Source of the DNA: the human T2T-CHM13v2.0 reference genome, Homo sapiens
NCBI RefSeq assembly: GCF_009914755.1
Contig: NC_060944.1
Strand: one strand, 5' to 3'
DNA length: 64,000 nt
Of the stretch, positions 14,466-27,206 are shown piece by piece. Under the pieces are notes generated by a model. The model was not told the DNA's origin, searched no databases, and worked only from the letters and a program-made list of their open reading frames with translations. The first letter of the stretch is position 1; each line of letters starts with the position of its first letter. The translations under genes and the position numbers were made by a program.

Positions 14466-15638
14466 CTCTGCCTTTGGGCCCCCAGATCTCATGTCCTTCA
14501 AACATTGCAAAATACAATCATCCCTTCCCAATAGTCCCCCAAAGTCTTAACTTGTTCCATCATAAATTGAAAAATCGAAAGTTCAAAGTCTCATTTTATA
14601 ATCAAGGGAAGTTCTTTCCACCTATGAATCTCTAAAGTTAAAAACAAGTTATTTACTTCCAAGATTCAATGGTGGTACAGGCAATGGGAAGACATCCCCA
14701 TTCTAAAAGGGAGAGATTGGCCAAAAGAAAGGGCAACAGGCCCTGTGCAAGCCCCAAACCGAGTAGGGCAAACATGAAACCTTAAAGCTCCATAATTATC
14801 TCCCTTGACTCCATGTCCTGCACCCAGAGCACATTGGTGGAAGGGGTGAGATCCCAGGGCCCTGGGTAGCTCCGCCCTTGTGGCTTTGCAAGGTGCAGCC
14901 CCCAAGGCTGCTGTCATGGGTTGAAGTTGAGTGTCTGTAGCTTTTCCAGGCTGAAGTTGCAAGCTGCTGGCGGCTCTATTGTTCTTGGGTCTGGAGGATG
15001 GCAGCTCCTTCTCCACAGCTCCACTAGGCAGTTCCCTGGTGAGGACTCTGTGTGGGGGCTTCAACCCCACATTTTCCCTCCACACTGCCCTAGTAGAGGC
15101 TCTCTGTGAGGACTTCACCCTTGTGGCAGGCTTCTGCCTGGGCACCCAAGCTTTCTGTTCCATCTGCTGAAATCTAGGTGAAAGGAACCAAGCCTCCTTC
15201 ACTCTTGCATTGTGCCAGCCTATAGACTTAACACCACACAGAAGCTGCCAAGGCTTATGGTGGCTTGTGCTCTTCAAAGTGGCAGCCCAAGCTGTTCCAG
15301 GTACCCTTTGAGCCACAGCTGGAGCTGGGGCAGCTGTGATGGGAGTAGCAGTCTCCCAAGGTGACACAGGGCAGTAGTGTCCCAGGCCTGGGCCCTGAAA
15401 TCATTCTTTCTCTGGACTCGTGATGGGAGGGGCTGTTTCCAAGATTTCTGAAATGCCTTCAAGGCTTTTTTCCTATTGTCTTGGATATTAGTACCTGGAT
15501 CCCTTTTAGTCATGGCAATCTCTCTAGCAAGTGGTTGCACCACAGCCTACTTGTATTCCTCTCCTGAAAATGCTGTTTCTCTATGACATGGCCAGGCTGA
15601 AGACTTTCCAAATGTTTGTGCCATGCTTCCCTTTAATT
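14466..15638 (-). mobile_element. MST-int (MaLR internal), 3' ~1.17 kb
   Basis: Directly abuts the LTR through a PPT-like segment; ORF 14666-15367 peptide is homologous to ORF 16602-16907 on the opposite strand. Confidence 0.9.
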
Positions 15639-15643
15639 AGAGA

Positions 15644-17272
15644 GAAAAAATTGGTACCAGGAGTGAGGCATTTATATAAAGATACCTGAAAATATGAAAG
15701 CAGCTTTAGAACTGGGAAATGGCAAAGGTTGGAAGATTTTGGAGAGCTCATAAGAAGAAAATAAAATGAGGGAAAGTTTGGAACTTCTTAGAGACCGGTT
15801 AAGTAGTTGTGACCAACATGCTGATAGAAATATGGATGGTGAAGGCTAAGCTGAGGCAGTCTCAGATGGAAATGAAGAATTATTGGAAACTGGAGCAAAG
15901 TTTGCCCTTGTTATGCCCTAGTGAAGAACTTGGCTGCATTGTGCCCAGGTCCAAGCAATTTGTGGAAGGGTGAACTTAAGACTGATGATGGAAGACTAAT
16001 GGAAGAAATTTCTAAGCAGCAAAGCCTTCAAAATGTAGCATGGCTGCTTCTGACAACCTGTGATTAGACGTGGAAACAAAGAAATGACTTAAAATTGGAA
16101 CTTATATTTAAAAGGGAAGAAGAGCATAAAATTTGGAAAATTTGCAAGCTGGCCATGAGGTAGAGTAGGAAAGAGTATTTTCAGAAGAGAAATACAAGTT
16201 GGCTGTGCAGCAACCACTTGCTAGAGATATTTGCAAGAGTAAAAGGGAGCCAAGTGCTGAAAACGAAGACAATGGAAAAAAGGCCTCAAACTCATTTCGG
16301 AAATCTTCGAGGCAGCCCCTCCAATCACAGGTCCGAAGGAAAGAATGGTTTTGGGAGTCAGACCCAGAGTGCCACTGCCCTGTGCTTCCTCATGACACTG
16401 CTCTTCACATCTTGGCAGCTGTGGCTCCAATCTCAGCTCAAAGGGTCCCACATATAGCTCGGGGCTGCTGCTCTGAAAGGTGCGAGCCGAAAGCTTTGGT
16501 GGTTTCCATGTGGTGTTAAGTCTTCAGGCTGGCAGAATGCAAAAGCGAAAAAAGCTTGGAAGCTTCCACCTAGATTGCAGAGGATGTGTCAGAAAGACTG
16601 AGTGCCTGGGCAGAAGCCTGCCACATGGGTGGAACCCCCACAGAGAGCCTCTACTAGGGCAGTGTGGAGGGGAAATGTGGGATTGGTCCCCCCACACAGA
16701 ATCTCCACCAGGGAACCGCCTAGTGGAACTGTGGGAAGGAGGCTGCCATCCTCCAGACCTGAGAAAGCTACAGCCACCAGCAGCTTGCAACCTCAGCCTG
16801 GAAAAGCCACAGGTATTCAACTCCGACCCATGAGAGCAGCCTTGGGGGCTGCACCCTGCAAAGCCACAGAGGCAGAGCTGCCAAGGCCCTGGGATCCCAC
16901 CCCTTGAACCATTGTGCTCTGGATGTGGGACATGGAGTCAAGGATAATTTTGGAGCTTTAAGGTTCAATGTCTGCCTTGCTGGGTTTTGGACTTGTGTGG
17001 GGCCTGTTTTCCCTTTCTTTCAGCTGATTTCTCCCTTTCAGAATAGGAATGTTTACCCAATGCCTGTATCACCACTGTATCTTGGAAGTAAATAACTTGT
17101 TTTTCATTTTACAGGCTCACAGCTATATCTTGAGTTTCAGAAGAGATTTGGACTTTGGATTTTTCAGTTGGGTCTGGAAGGAGTTAATACTTTAGGGAAC
17201 TAAAGGATGATTGTATTTTACAATAAGAGAAGGATATGAGATTTGGGGCGGGGGAGGGGGTCAAAGACAAAA
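15644..17272 (+). mobile_element. MST-int (MaLR internal), essentially full length, with no 5' LTR
   Basis: Begins GAAAAAATTGGTACCAGGAGTGAGGCATT...AAAGATACCTGAAAAT (first bases of MaLR int); ends in purine-rich PPT at 17245-17272. Confidence 0.9.
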
Positions 17273-17791
17273 CAATATAGTTTGGATGTTTGTCCCTTCC
17301 AAATCTTATGTCAAAATGTGATCCCCAATGTTGGAGGTGGGCCTATGGGAGGTATTTGAGTCATGCAGGTGGATCCCTTATATCAAATACATTTACACAA
17401 CTAATTAAGAATAAAGGATGAAATGGATTGTAAAACCTTATGGACTGTGTGTCTCTGCTCAGATGTCAGTTTTGTGCTACCCTCATGGTAAGTTCTTGCT
17501 ATATTAGTTCTTAGAGTAAGTTCTGGCTATATTAGTTCACACAAGATCTGATTATTTAAAAGAGTGTGGCACTTCCTCCCTCTGTCTGTCTTTCTCCTTC
17601 TCTTTCCATGTGACATGCCTGCTACTCCTTAGCCTTCCACCATGATTGTAAGCTTCCTGAGGCTTCACAGAAGCTGAGCAGGTGCTGGTACCATGCTTGT
17701 ACAGCCTGTAGAACCACAAGCCAAATCAATCTCTTTATAAACTATGCAGCTTCAGGCATTCCTTTATAGTAATGCAAAATGGACTAACACA
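17273..17791 (+). mobile_element. MST (MSTB-like) 3' LTR with a ~90-bp foreign insert and a 23-bp duplication
   Basis: ATATAGTTTGGATGTTTGTCCCTTCCAAATC ... GCAAAATGGACTAACACA. Confidence 0.9.
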
Positions 17792-17859
17792 ATAGGACAG
17801 TGGGAGGAAGGTACAGATATGTGTGGTCAGGCACCTGTAGATTCAGTCATCCCTGCATG

Positions 17860-18034
17860 CAGGACTGGTGACACAACTTGTGGGGCCCGGTGAAAAGTGA
17901 AAATGCAGGGACCTGATTGAAAAATAATTGGGAATTTCAATATGGTGATAGCAGAGCATTAAACCAAGTGTGGGTCCCTCTGTGCATGGGCCATGTGAGA
18001 CTGCACAGGGCCCATGCCCATGGAGTTGGTCCTA
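17860..18034 (-). mobile_element. MER45A-like hAT-Tip100 DNA transposon (MITE)
   Basis: CAGGACTGG...TGTGGGGCCCGGTGAAAAGTGAAAATGCAGGG...GCAGAGCATTAAACCAAG...CCCATGGAGTTGGTCCT matches the recalled MER45A reverse complement. Confidence 0.8.
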
Positions 18035-18545
18035 CCTAAATATCTGAATCTCCCTCAGACCCACATTTATGCCCCCGATGTTTGCTTTAGAAACATCCTT
18101 GCAATCTTTGCTCTGCCAGGCTGGACCCTCCTCACTGGCCCCTCTGCCCCCAGGCATTCTGCCTTCCAATGCACCCTTCATACTGCGCATAGAATGATTG
18201 TTGTAAAACACAGCTGTGATCACTTTACCTCTGTCCTCAGAAGTCTTTAATAGCACCCCACTGACTGTGGCTGTGGTTTGAAAATCGTGATGGGCAGGCC
18301 CCCACGGGTGCTCTGAGCCTGCTGCTGAGGGTGAGAGAGGTTGTGCTCGCTGCTTCTCTCATTCCCATTGCAAACACAGCAGAACCATTTTTTATCTGTT
18401 TTGCATATATATTGGGCTTCCACATAAGATTTCATTTGAGAACAAGTTTCTACTCCTAAAATAAAAATCATTTGGGAAGCTACTGGCCGCAGAATTAAAT
18501 CCAAGCTTCTGAGCTTAGCATTTAATGTCCTCGATGCTCTATGTT

Positions 18546-18737
18546 AGAGGTTGGCCATTTTAGGCCCATGGGCCAAATCCAACCCATGGCTAAGAAGGAT
18601 TTTTGCATTTTTAAATAGTTACATTTTAAATGATTTTGTAAATACTTACATGATACATTATCCCCCATTTGGCCTCTTGGCCTGCAAAGCTTCATATTTA
18701 CTATCTGGCCCTTTAAGAGAAAGTGTACTGATTCCTG
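18546..18737. mobile_element. MER58-family hAT-Charlie element
   Basis: GGCCCATGGGCCAAATCC ... ATATTTACTATCTGGCCCTTTAAGAGAAAG...CCTG. Confidence 0.75.
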
Positions 18738-18809
18738 ATCTAGCTCCATTATTTCCTTCCACATTTAACTTTTAGGATTCCAGCACATTTACCCTACAGA
18801 GCCTGGCTT

Positions 18810-18932
18810 AGTACCTTACAAAGCTAGGACAATTATATGCCTGGTTTGTTGTCCTGGCATCATTATTCATATTAATAGAGCCCTTTTCACTCTCCTAAGT
18901 GTCTTTGGGAAGTAAATTATATTGTCATCCTA
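18810..18932 (-). mobile_element. MER94-like hAT-Blackjack MITE
   Basis: TTGTCCTGGCAT...TTAATAGAGCCCTTTTCACTCTC...TAAATTATATTGTCATCCTA. Confidence 0.7.
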
Positions 18933-20539
18933 CATATAACTGACAAATGAATTGAATTGAAAGGAAGATCAAAAACCACCAGCACATTTTGTGACAAAGT
19001 ATATTATGTTTGATACTTAGGGCATCTCCTGAAGAGGTTCCAAGTTTTGTCTGTTTGAGCTAATACCCAGAAATGACAAGCATTATAAAAAAGAATGGCC
19101 TTAAAAATAATTACTATGCTTCTGTTATGTATGTGATGGATTTCTAGCACTAACGACATCTTCGCTTGCCTAATTTTCTTAAAAGGATTTAACCAATCTA
19201 TCTGATTTTTAAAAGCAGCATGAGGTATGTTAACAGAAACCCATATTGGGACACAAATGCAGTCTCGTGCTAGGTATTGAATATTTTGTTTAGAGAAAGG
19301 CTATATTTAGGGAGTGGGGGAGGAGTTGTCCTTTCATCTGATATTCTAGGAAATGAACTATTTTTGCTACTTTCTGTGCCTGGAGCACAGCATGGATGTT
19401 TATCTGTAACAGGCCCAACTTTTAGAAGATGCCAACTCCAAATGACCTGGATATTATCCAACTAAGTGCTTTTAAATTCCCAGTAATAACTAACCAAGCA
19501 TGAAGAATAACTCAATTTTGGATGAATCTAATCTTATTTATAAACAGGCGCCTACAGAAATTCTGAAGTTTAACATAATTTAGAAAGTTGAGATGCAAAA
19601 GCATGCTTCTTAATGATCTTCCTGCCATCCTGTCTTTAAAAATTTATTCAGTCAAGGAGCATGTTCAGGGGGCATGTATGCTTCCAGATTTCAGCACCAG
19701 AGAAAGTGCAAAGAATAGCTTCACCCATTCTCTGTCCTCCAGGAACCTAGTTCTGGTATTTAGGGCCAGTCAGTGCCCTTGGTGATATGGCAATGGGCTG
19801 CTCACCAGGCTGAGAGGTTCTGAAATCTTGGAAGAGGTGTATTGTTTGTTGTTGCAACAAATAGCTTGAGGAAAACTAAAAATGGCTAAAAGAGTACAGA
19901 ATGATGTGGATGATGTTTTTATTCAGGGTGGTCTGGGAAGGCCTCTCTGGGGAGATGACATCTGAGCAGAGTGAGTCCATAGGGTCTTACAATCCATTTC
20001 ATTCTTCATTCTTGATTAGTTGTGTAAATATATCTGGTATAAGGTCCCTGAATTCCTTCAAGGAGGCTCAGACCTCCTCCCTACCCCCAAATACTAAAAG
20101 AGACCAGTTTTTTCTCAAAGCCCAAAAGAAATAAATTTCAAATACTGCTCAAAAGAAACTTTAGCCCCTGTTAAGTCTGTCAGTTGCCTTATGCTAAGTT
20201 TATAGTCAGGGTCCTCTCCTACGAGTAGGTGATGAAAAGGGGTTGGAAATTCACCCAAGGGAATAAGTACAGAGGAATGGTAAGAATTGACTCTGGAATG
20301 AGAGAGCAACCTCCTAGTGTTCCCACTGAAATAAGGTGGCTACTACTACTAACAACTCACACTTGTTGAGTATTTACGTGTCGCTGAGTATTTGCCTGTG
20401 CCTGGTACTGGGCTTGACCTTTCCATTCTTTAGCCTGGCACATCCCTCCCCAACAATTTTAGAGAAGTAGAGAGGTAGGCTATCAGCTGAGCAGAGCCCA
20501 GTGGGGTTTAGAAGGCAGAGATGGTGAAAATGGGCCGCT

Positions 20540-20660
20540 GGACTGTAAGCTTCATGAGGATAGGGACTGTATTTTTTTTTCCTCAGGATTTAGCACAGTG
20601 CAAGGCTATTATCAATGTGCAATAAATATTTGTTGAATGAATGAATGGATGAATGAATGA
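20540..20660 (+). mobile_element. L2 3' terminus
   Basis: GACTGTAAGCTTCATGAGGATAGGGACTGT...AATAAATATTTGTTGAATGAATGAATG. Confidence 0.8.
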
Positions 20661-20844
20661 GTAGTACTAGCGAAAGCACAGAGGCAGGAGACTAGGCATG
20701 TGTAGAATTCCATGTGTCTGGAGTCTGGAGTCTGATCTCTCTTCCCTGCTGGGGATATCAGAGTAGATGAAGCTTGGAGTCTGAGGTGAGTGAGAAAGTG
20801 TGTGGGGTAAAGTTGGAAAGGTAGATTGGGACCTGGAGTGGAGA

Positions 20845-21224
20845 CAATGTTATGAGGACACAGTTTCTGTTTCCTGGAGACATAAGAAGACTGTATTTCC
20901 CAGCTTCCCTTGGGGTTAGACTGGTGCCATGTGACAATTCTGACCAATGGACTGAGTGGAGGTGACTTCTGGGCTGAGGCAGTTAAGAGCACACAGGCCA
21001 CCTCCACTTCTCTGTTCTCCTGTTGTGACCATGAAGGTCACCTACCATGATGGCAGAGCCACAGGGGTAGCAGCCTGGATCTCTGAGTCACTGCTTGGAA
21101 GATGGCTACTTAACTAGCACTAGACTTTTAGTGAGGGACAAATATATCTTTGTTACGTTAAGCCACTGAGATTTTGGGGTTTATATGTTACTGTAGTATA
21201 TCTTATTCTATCTTGACTAATGCA
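20845..21224 (+). mobile_element. MLT1 (I/J-like) LTR
   Basis: GACTGTATTTCCCAGCTTCCCTTG...CCATGTGAC...AAGCCACTGAGATTTTGGGG...TGACTAATGCA. Confidence 0.78.
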
Positions 21225-21749
21225 TGACCAGATTTCTGGGGGCCTTAAATGCCAGGCTAAGGGCTTTCTGCTCTTAGAGAGCAAAAAGTGCAATTGCTGT
21301 TGCCAGCAGTCCTCCTACATACTCATCTAGAGTAGGTCCACATGTGTGGGGGAACCTGAGGGCTTATCCCTGCTGTTGGGGCAAGTGATTCAATGCCAAG
21401 AGAGCATGACTCTCTACATGCACTCAAAAGATGAGTACCAGGTAAGTTCTCGTTGAGAAAGGCCTTCTCTTCTTTTCCTCTGACCTGATGGTCTTTGTGG
21501 CAGTCCAAGTATGTTAGGTGGGCATCAGAAGTGGTCCTGGCAAGAAGGCCTGATCAGAAAGACTAAAAATGAGGTCAGGCTGGTTGTGAAATTTATTTTG
21601 GGATGTTCAAAGTGGCTCAGACTGCAGAGTCTGCGTGATTGCTGATAGAGAGGCATCTCTTTTGTGTTAAGACACTGAGGATGGAGAAAAGCAGTGGTTT
21701 CAATTTAATCTCCAAATAGTGTTTTTTTTTTTTTTTTAAATAAAAGCAT

Positions 21750-22075
21750 GTCACATGAAACTACTCTGCACCTTGATGTTTTTCACTCAGTGCCTATCGC
21801 AGACCACCTTTCCCCTCATTCTCTTCAATGGGTGCTTATTCTCTCAGAATAGGCATACCACCCTTTCTGAAGACATTCCCCTATTGAGGGACCTTTTTAT
21901 TTTTGTCTCTGATTCCTCAATATTATAAATGAGGCTACAGTAAACACTCTTGTACACATCCCCTGAACACATGTCCAGTGTTTCTGTAGTGAGACATCTG
22001 GGTTGGAAGGTATGAGCCCTTTTTGTCTTGATAGGTACTGCCAAGTTGCTACCTTAAAGGGCTGTGATCATTTAT
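21750..22075 (-). mobile_element. Old L1ME-like fragment
   Basis: AATATTATAAATGAGGCTACAGTAAACACTCTTGTACAC...GATAGGTACTGCCAAGTTGC. Confidence 0.55.
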
Positions 22076-23123
22076 GCTCCAGAGATTGGTGATTTTGATA
22101 GAATAATTCTCCTGAGGAACTCAGCCCCTGCTTCTTGGTCAAGGATGAGGGAGCCACAGACCCTGTGGAACACGTGTTTGCCTCCACTCCTCTCATTTAA
22201 TCTGCAGCACAGATTCTTCACGGGAGTCCCTTCCCATGGGTGCTCCCCCTCCACAAAGCTCACATTTAAGTCCTGAAAAATGAGAGGACTTAATCCAGTC
22301 TCTATCAGATCTAAATCAGAACGTTTTTCCCCTTTTGCCATTTTAAGTTACCTCTTAGCTCAGCCCCAGACTGAGTAATTCAGAGTTAATGGGATATGAA
22401 AGTCATGGTCCATGGCATGATTGTGGGTACCTAGCCAGAGGGAAGCAAGATTTATTTTCTTGGAACCCAACTGGGTTGAAAAGGGTGATAAATCAGCAGG
22501 GCTATTGCTAGCTCCCCTTCTGCTGCAAGTTTCATTCCAGCTTATCAGAATAATCATCTTAGTTCTGAGACAGGAGATAAACAGCCAAATCCAGAGTCCC
22601 ACTATGTGGTAAGAGGGAGAGATGTCTTTCTGAAGTCTCTTTTCCTAGATATCTTTGGATGGGGGTAGGGAACATGTTATCATCAAACTGCAGTCCAGTG
22701 AAAAGCATCAGTCTGTATTTGCCCAAGGCACAGGCTTGGATTTTGTGTCCATGAACACAGCTGGTTTGAGGTTTCTGGTCTACTTGGGGATGCTGTGTAA
22801 AAGGTCCTTGGAATTGCATGCTGATTCACTGTGTCCTGTGAACTGATTGCAGGGACACACTTCTCCATGACTTGGCCATTTCTCTCTCCGTTATTCTGGC
22901 TCTTGGTTCCTCTTTGGTTGTTCTGCAGGGGTCTAGCAATCATTCCCACAGAGAACACTATACTGGTTTTGTGGTCATTCTCTAGGTGTTCCCTTGACTT
23001 TGTGACCAATCCCACTGGTGACAGTATTATAATGTGGGGCTCATGGAGCAAAAGTCACAGATATATATGCCTGTGGAATCCTAAGGGGCCACAGCTTACA
23101 CAAGTACACACAGAATCACCTTA

Positions 23124-23440
<317 letters not shown>

Positions 23441-24639
23441 ATAGTAACCTGAAATGTCAAATGCTAGCAGTGGCTGAATTCTCACTTTGGCTTATGCTAA
23501 GCTGCTTTATAAGTATTATCTCATTTTATCCCCCAAACTGTTCTGTGAAGTTGACGCTACTATTGCACTCATTTTACAAGTGAGGGAAGTGATGCCTGGA
23601 GAGGTTATCAATGGCTTGTTCGAGATCACAGAACTAGCAAGGGACCACAGAGCTTATGTTGGCTGCTTCCATGTACGTATTTACACAAACGTCCATTTAC
23701 ACAAATACATATGCATGCAGAGATGCACATGCATAAACATTCAGATTAAAACATGTGTGTGCACACACACAGACACTCACTCAAGGAGAATGTTCAGCAA
23801 AGAACTAGTGATTGAGTCTTGTGATTGTTAATTAGAACAAAAGCCTGGATTCCTAGCTTTCTTCTCCTTGAAGCTTCCTCACTTTGTTTACTGTAGAAAC
23901 GTAAATAGAAAAAAAGACATTGGCAGGCCCGTTTAAATTTGGGGTGTTGCCTAGGAAAGGCTGGAGGGCTACGTTCTGTGAGCCCAGTCAAAATAAAGTT
24001 TGGTTTGGGCCCTGGACTTTGGACTGCAGAGTTGGATGCTTATTTATTTCTGCATCAGGAACAGGCTCATCCCTTGGGCAGATTCATATTAACTGAGGTT
24101 AAGATACTGAGCTATGATCCTGCTGTACAAACTCATCCTCCTAGGAGTTTTTTCTGGAACTAGATTCACATGGGAATGTACTGGAAATGTCTAGCCTCAA
24201 ACCAGGGTAGATGGTGCTATGATGTTTAAGGGCACAGGCTGAAATATGTCCATCTTATAGTGGGGCTTGTCTAGCCAGTGGGACTGGACATCCTCACAAC
24301 CTACTGACCACTGGCTCTTCTGTGGACAGGCCTGAAACAGGCCCAGCCAACCCCTGCTTCTGGGAAAACTTGGTCAGTGCTTCTGCAGTTGACCAACCCT
24401 CTTCCACTCCATACCTGCTTCTTTAGAGATCTTAATAATACATCTGATCAGATTATAGCCTTGGCCCTCAGATCTAGGATGCATATCCTTCTATTCACCT
24501 GCCTCTGCTCAGTTTTTTTGATTCAGTTCTTGCTAATCTTAAAAATTTATTTCATACATGGAGATCTTATTCTCCTACTTTCCAAGTCCTGAGGGATGCT
24601 ATGCTTTGTTCTAGTCCTCAAGTACTGAACACATTCATT

Positions 24640-25093
24640 GCAGAAGATGCTGTTGACGCCCTACACATATCCTATCAGCCAGTCCTGGAGGTCACCTGCA
24701 GACAGTCCCCATGTACACCAAAGGCTTCCAGCTATTTCTCGGCCTTAAGGTGTTCTTTGGTCCAGGGAATATGTTCAGCACTCAAACAGGGCAGCATGGA
24801 AGTGCTGGGAAGTTTGTTCTCCAGGAACAGCCATCAAACAATAAGGGCATGAAGATCTCAGCCTTCTTGTTCTTCAGTGGGGCAGCGGCAAGGTGTGCTC
24901 CATAATCTCTCAGAGGCCCCCAGTGGGAATGAGCCCCAGTTGACCACAGTGGCAACCTGCCTCCTTCATTGGCTCCCTTCCCCTCCCTGTCTCACTTCCC
25001 TACTCCCTCCTAGTACTTCCTAAAATCACCTCTCAAATAAACTACTTGCATCCTTGTCTCAGGCTCTGCTTTTAAGGAAACCCAGACAAAACA
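24640..25093 (+). mobile_element. LTR16-family (ERVL) solo LTR
   Basis: CCCCAGTGGGAATGAGCCCCAGTTGACCACAGTGG; 3' end CAAATAAACTACTTGCATCCTTGTCTCAGGCTCTGCTT...AACCCAGAC. Confidence 0.75.
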
Positions 25094-25214
25094 GCTACCT
25101 TCAGTCTTTACCCAAGAACCGTTTCCATCAATTCCTTGTTCACCACATGGCCCAGCCTCACCTTCCTCTTATCTGAGCCCCTTTTGATAACTTTGGGAAG
25201 CACTCAATCCCAGA

Positions 25215-25432
25215 GGGAAGAGCACAAGCATTGAAGCCAGACAGATGTGGGGCTGAATCTTGGATAGGTCACTTATTGACTGTGCGACCTTAAGCAAATT
25301 ACTCAATCTCATTAATCTTTTAAACAATGCAGCTAGTGATACATAACTTTCGAAGTTGTTTGGAAGAATCAATATGATAATGTATGCAAAGGGCTCAAAT
25401 GCAGTGCTTGGCAATTAGTAGGTGTTCAATAA
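25215..25432 (+). mobile_element. MIR SINE
   Basis: GAAGCCAGACAGA...CTGTGCGACCTTAAGCAAATTACTCAATCTC...TAGTAGGTGTTCAATAA. Confidence 0.7.
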
Positions 25433-25799
25433 TGTCAGGCCTTCATCTCTCTCTGAACAGAGGCTGGTTTCTTTCAGCCGTGGTGCAAGCAGATCATACT
25501 CCTCACTGAAGGCAGCTTGGACACAGTATAGGGCATGGCTGAGCTCTGAGTACGGGTTTGAACAGTCCAGGAATGGGACTGGTGATATGGTAGCCACCTT
25601 CTTCTCCCCATATTGGCAGACCCTACCTCTCTCTTCTTTTTGACTCCTATGCTTAAGGCCACTCAACATTTCCCAAAGAAGCTCTACCCTTTCCCAGCTC
25701 TGCTCTTTTGCTTACCTAGTTCCGTCTACCTGGAAGTCTTTTATCTTTCCCAACCTCATCCTCTGAAATTCCACTCAATCTTTCATAGTGTGGTATAAA

Positions 25800-25960
25800 T
25801 CAAGATGCATACCAGATTCACCAGGAGAGCTTTTTCAAAACATACACCTTAAACTTACCCTCAAAACTTCCGATTCAGTAGATCTGTGTTGAGGTACAGG
25901 CATGTATGTTTTGAAAAACTTTATTTACGCTGATTCATGCCCTTGGGGAAGAAATACTCA
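25800..25960. mobile_element. MER5-family hAT-Charlie fragment
   Basis: CAGATTCACCAGGAGAGCTTTT...GATTCAGTAGATCTG. Confidence 0.55.
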
Positions 25961-25989
25961 TATCATCCAGGGAGCTCAAGTGATGTAGT

Positions 25990-26130
25990 CAAACTTGACT
26001 CCCTGTGTGCCATCTACTTAGCTACTCTGGAGCCCCAGTTTTCTCATCTGTAAAATGGGGATAATATCTATCCCATATGGTTGTTATAAAGATTAAATGA
26101 GATAATAGAAGTGGTGCTCAGGAAAAATTA
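25990..26130 (+). mobile_element. MIR SINE fragment
   Basis: GCCCCAGTTTTCTCATCTGTAAAATGGGGATAATA...GATTAAATGAGATAAT. Confidence 0.8.
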
Positions 26131-27206
26131 GATCTACATTAAACCATTTTTGATCCCCCAGCCAGAAGCAGTCACACACTCCCACTTTCCTATCTTGCTA
26201 TGTCTCTCCTGTAGCACTGAGTGCAGTGGTCCTTCCATTGGGATCATCAGTGTGAGTTGCTCCTCACCCCCAGCCCCTAACTTGAACATGCCTGCTGAGG
26301 GATGGGGACAAACAGGGACAGTGTGTTATCTGTCATGTGCTCCCACAGCTCTGGCATAGTGTCTCGCATGGAATCTTTGCTCAATAAATTTTTGCTGAAT
26401 TGAATATAAAACCATAAGAAACTAATGTAAGTGGTTATGTTAGGTACCTGCATAATGCGTTTTGAACAGGCTTTTGATTAGTCTTAGTGTCCGGGAAACA
26501 GTTTCCTACTGACAGTGCATTGGAAATTGCCAGGAGGGCAATATATGTGTGCATAAAATTCTGCTTTTCTCAGACCTGGACAGAACCTTTGTTTCCTGGG
26601 GCTTCTGGTTGCCAGGCACTCACAGGGGCTGAGGTGAGCAAATCATAGGGCTACCCCTGGCCTGCATCCTCGCTCTGGACCTGTTGAGGACCCTCCTGGC
26701 TCCATTCATAACCCCAAGACTTCGAACTTGGCTCTTTAGAGAGCACGAGGGTTGAGAGTCCTGTTTTCTCCTCTGGATTTGAAGCCCACGAGTCCCCTGT
26801 TTGTGTCTCATGACCTGGCTTCAGTCTCCATGGAGAGCCCTTCCCCTGGCTCAGAGTCACAGCTGTTGCTGCAGGCTGAGGCTCCTGTGGTGCTTTAATG
26901 AACTCCTGAGACTCTCTGGGCTGCTGTTTCCCAGGGGAGCCAGGCTGCTAGTAGAGCTGGAGGCTGGGCTGCAAGGGCACCTTCCCTCTAAGAACACAGA
27001 TGTATCACTAAACGGTCCTTTAGGGGAGGGGTCTGGGACCACATGGCAGCCCACCCAGGGATCTTTCTAGGAGATGAGTATAGTTGCAGAGCTGAGGATG
27101 TGTTCTGGCCAAGGGGGAAATGAACTGTATGGGTACACTTCCAACCTCCAACTGTCTTTTATTTCTCGTCTCTTTTTGATAAACATACAATATCTATTAA
27201 CTGACA

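Noticed and set aside
14666-15367. 233-aa ORF, the longest in the window
   Set aside because: Lies in decayed MaLR internal sequence with a non-ATG start; the mirrored arm is broken into several frames, so there is no sign of constraint.
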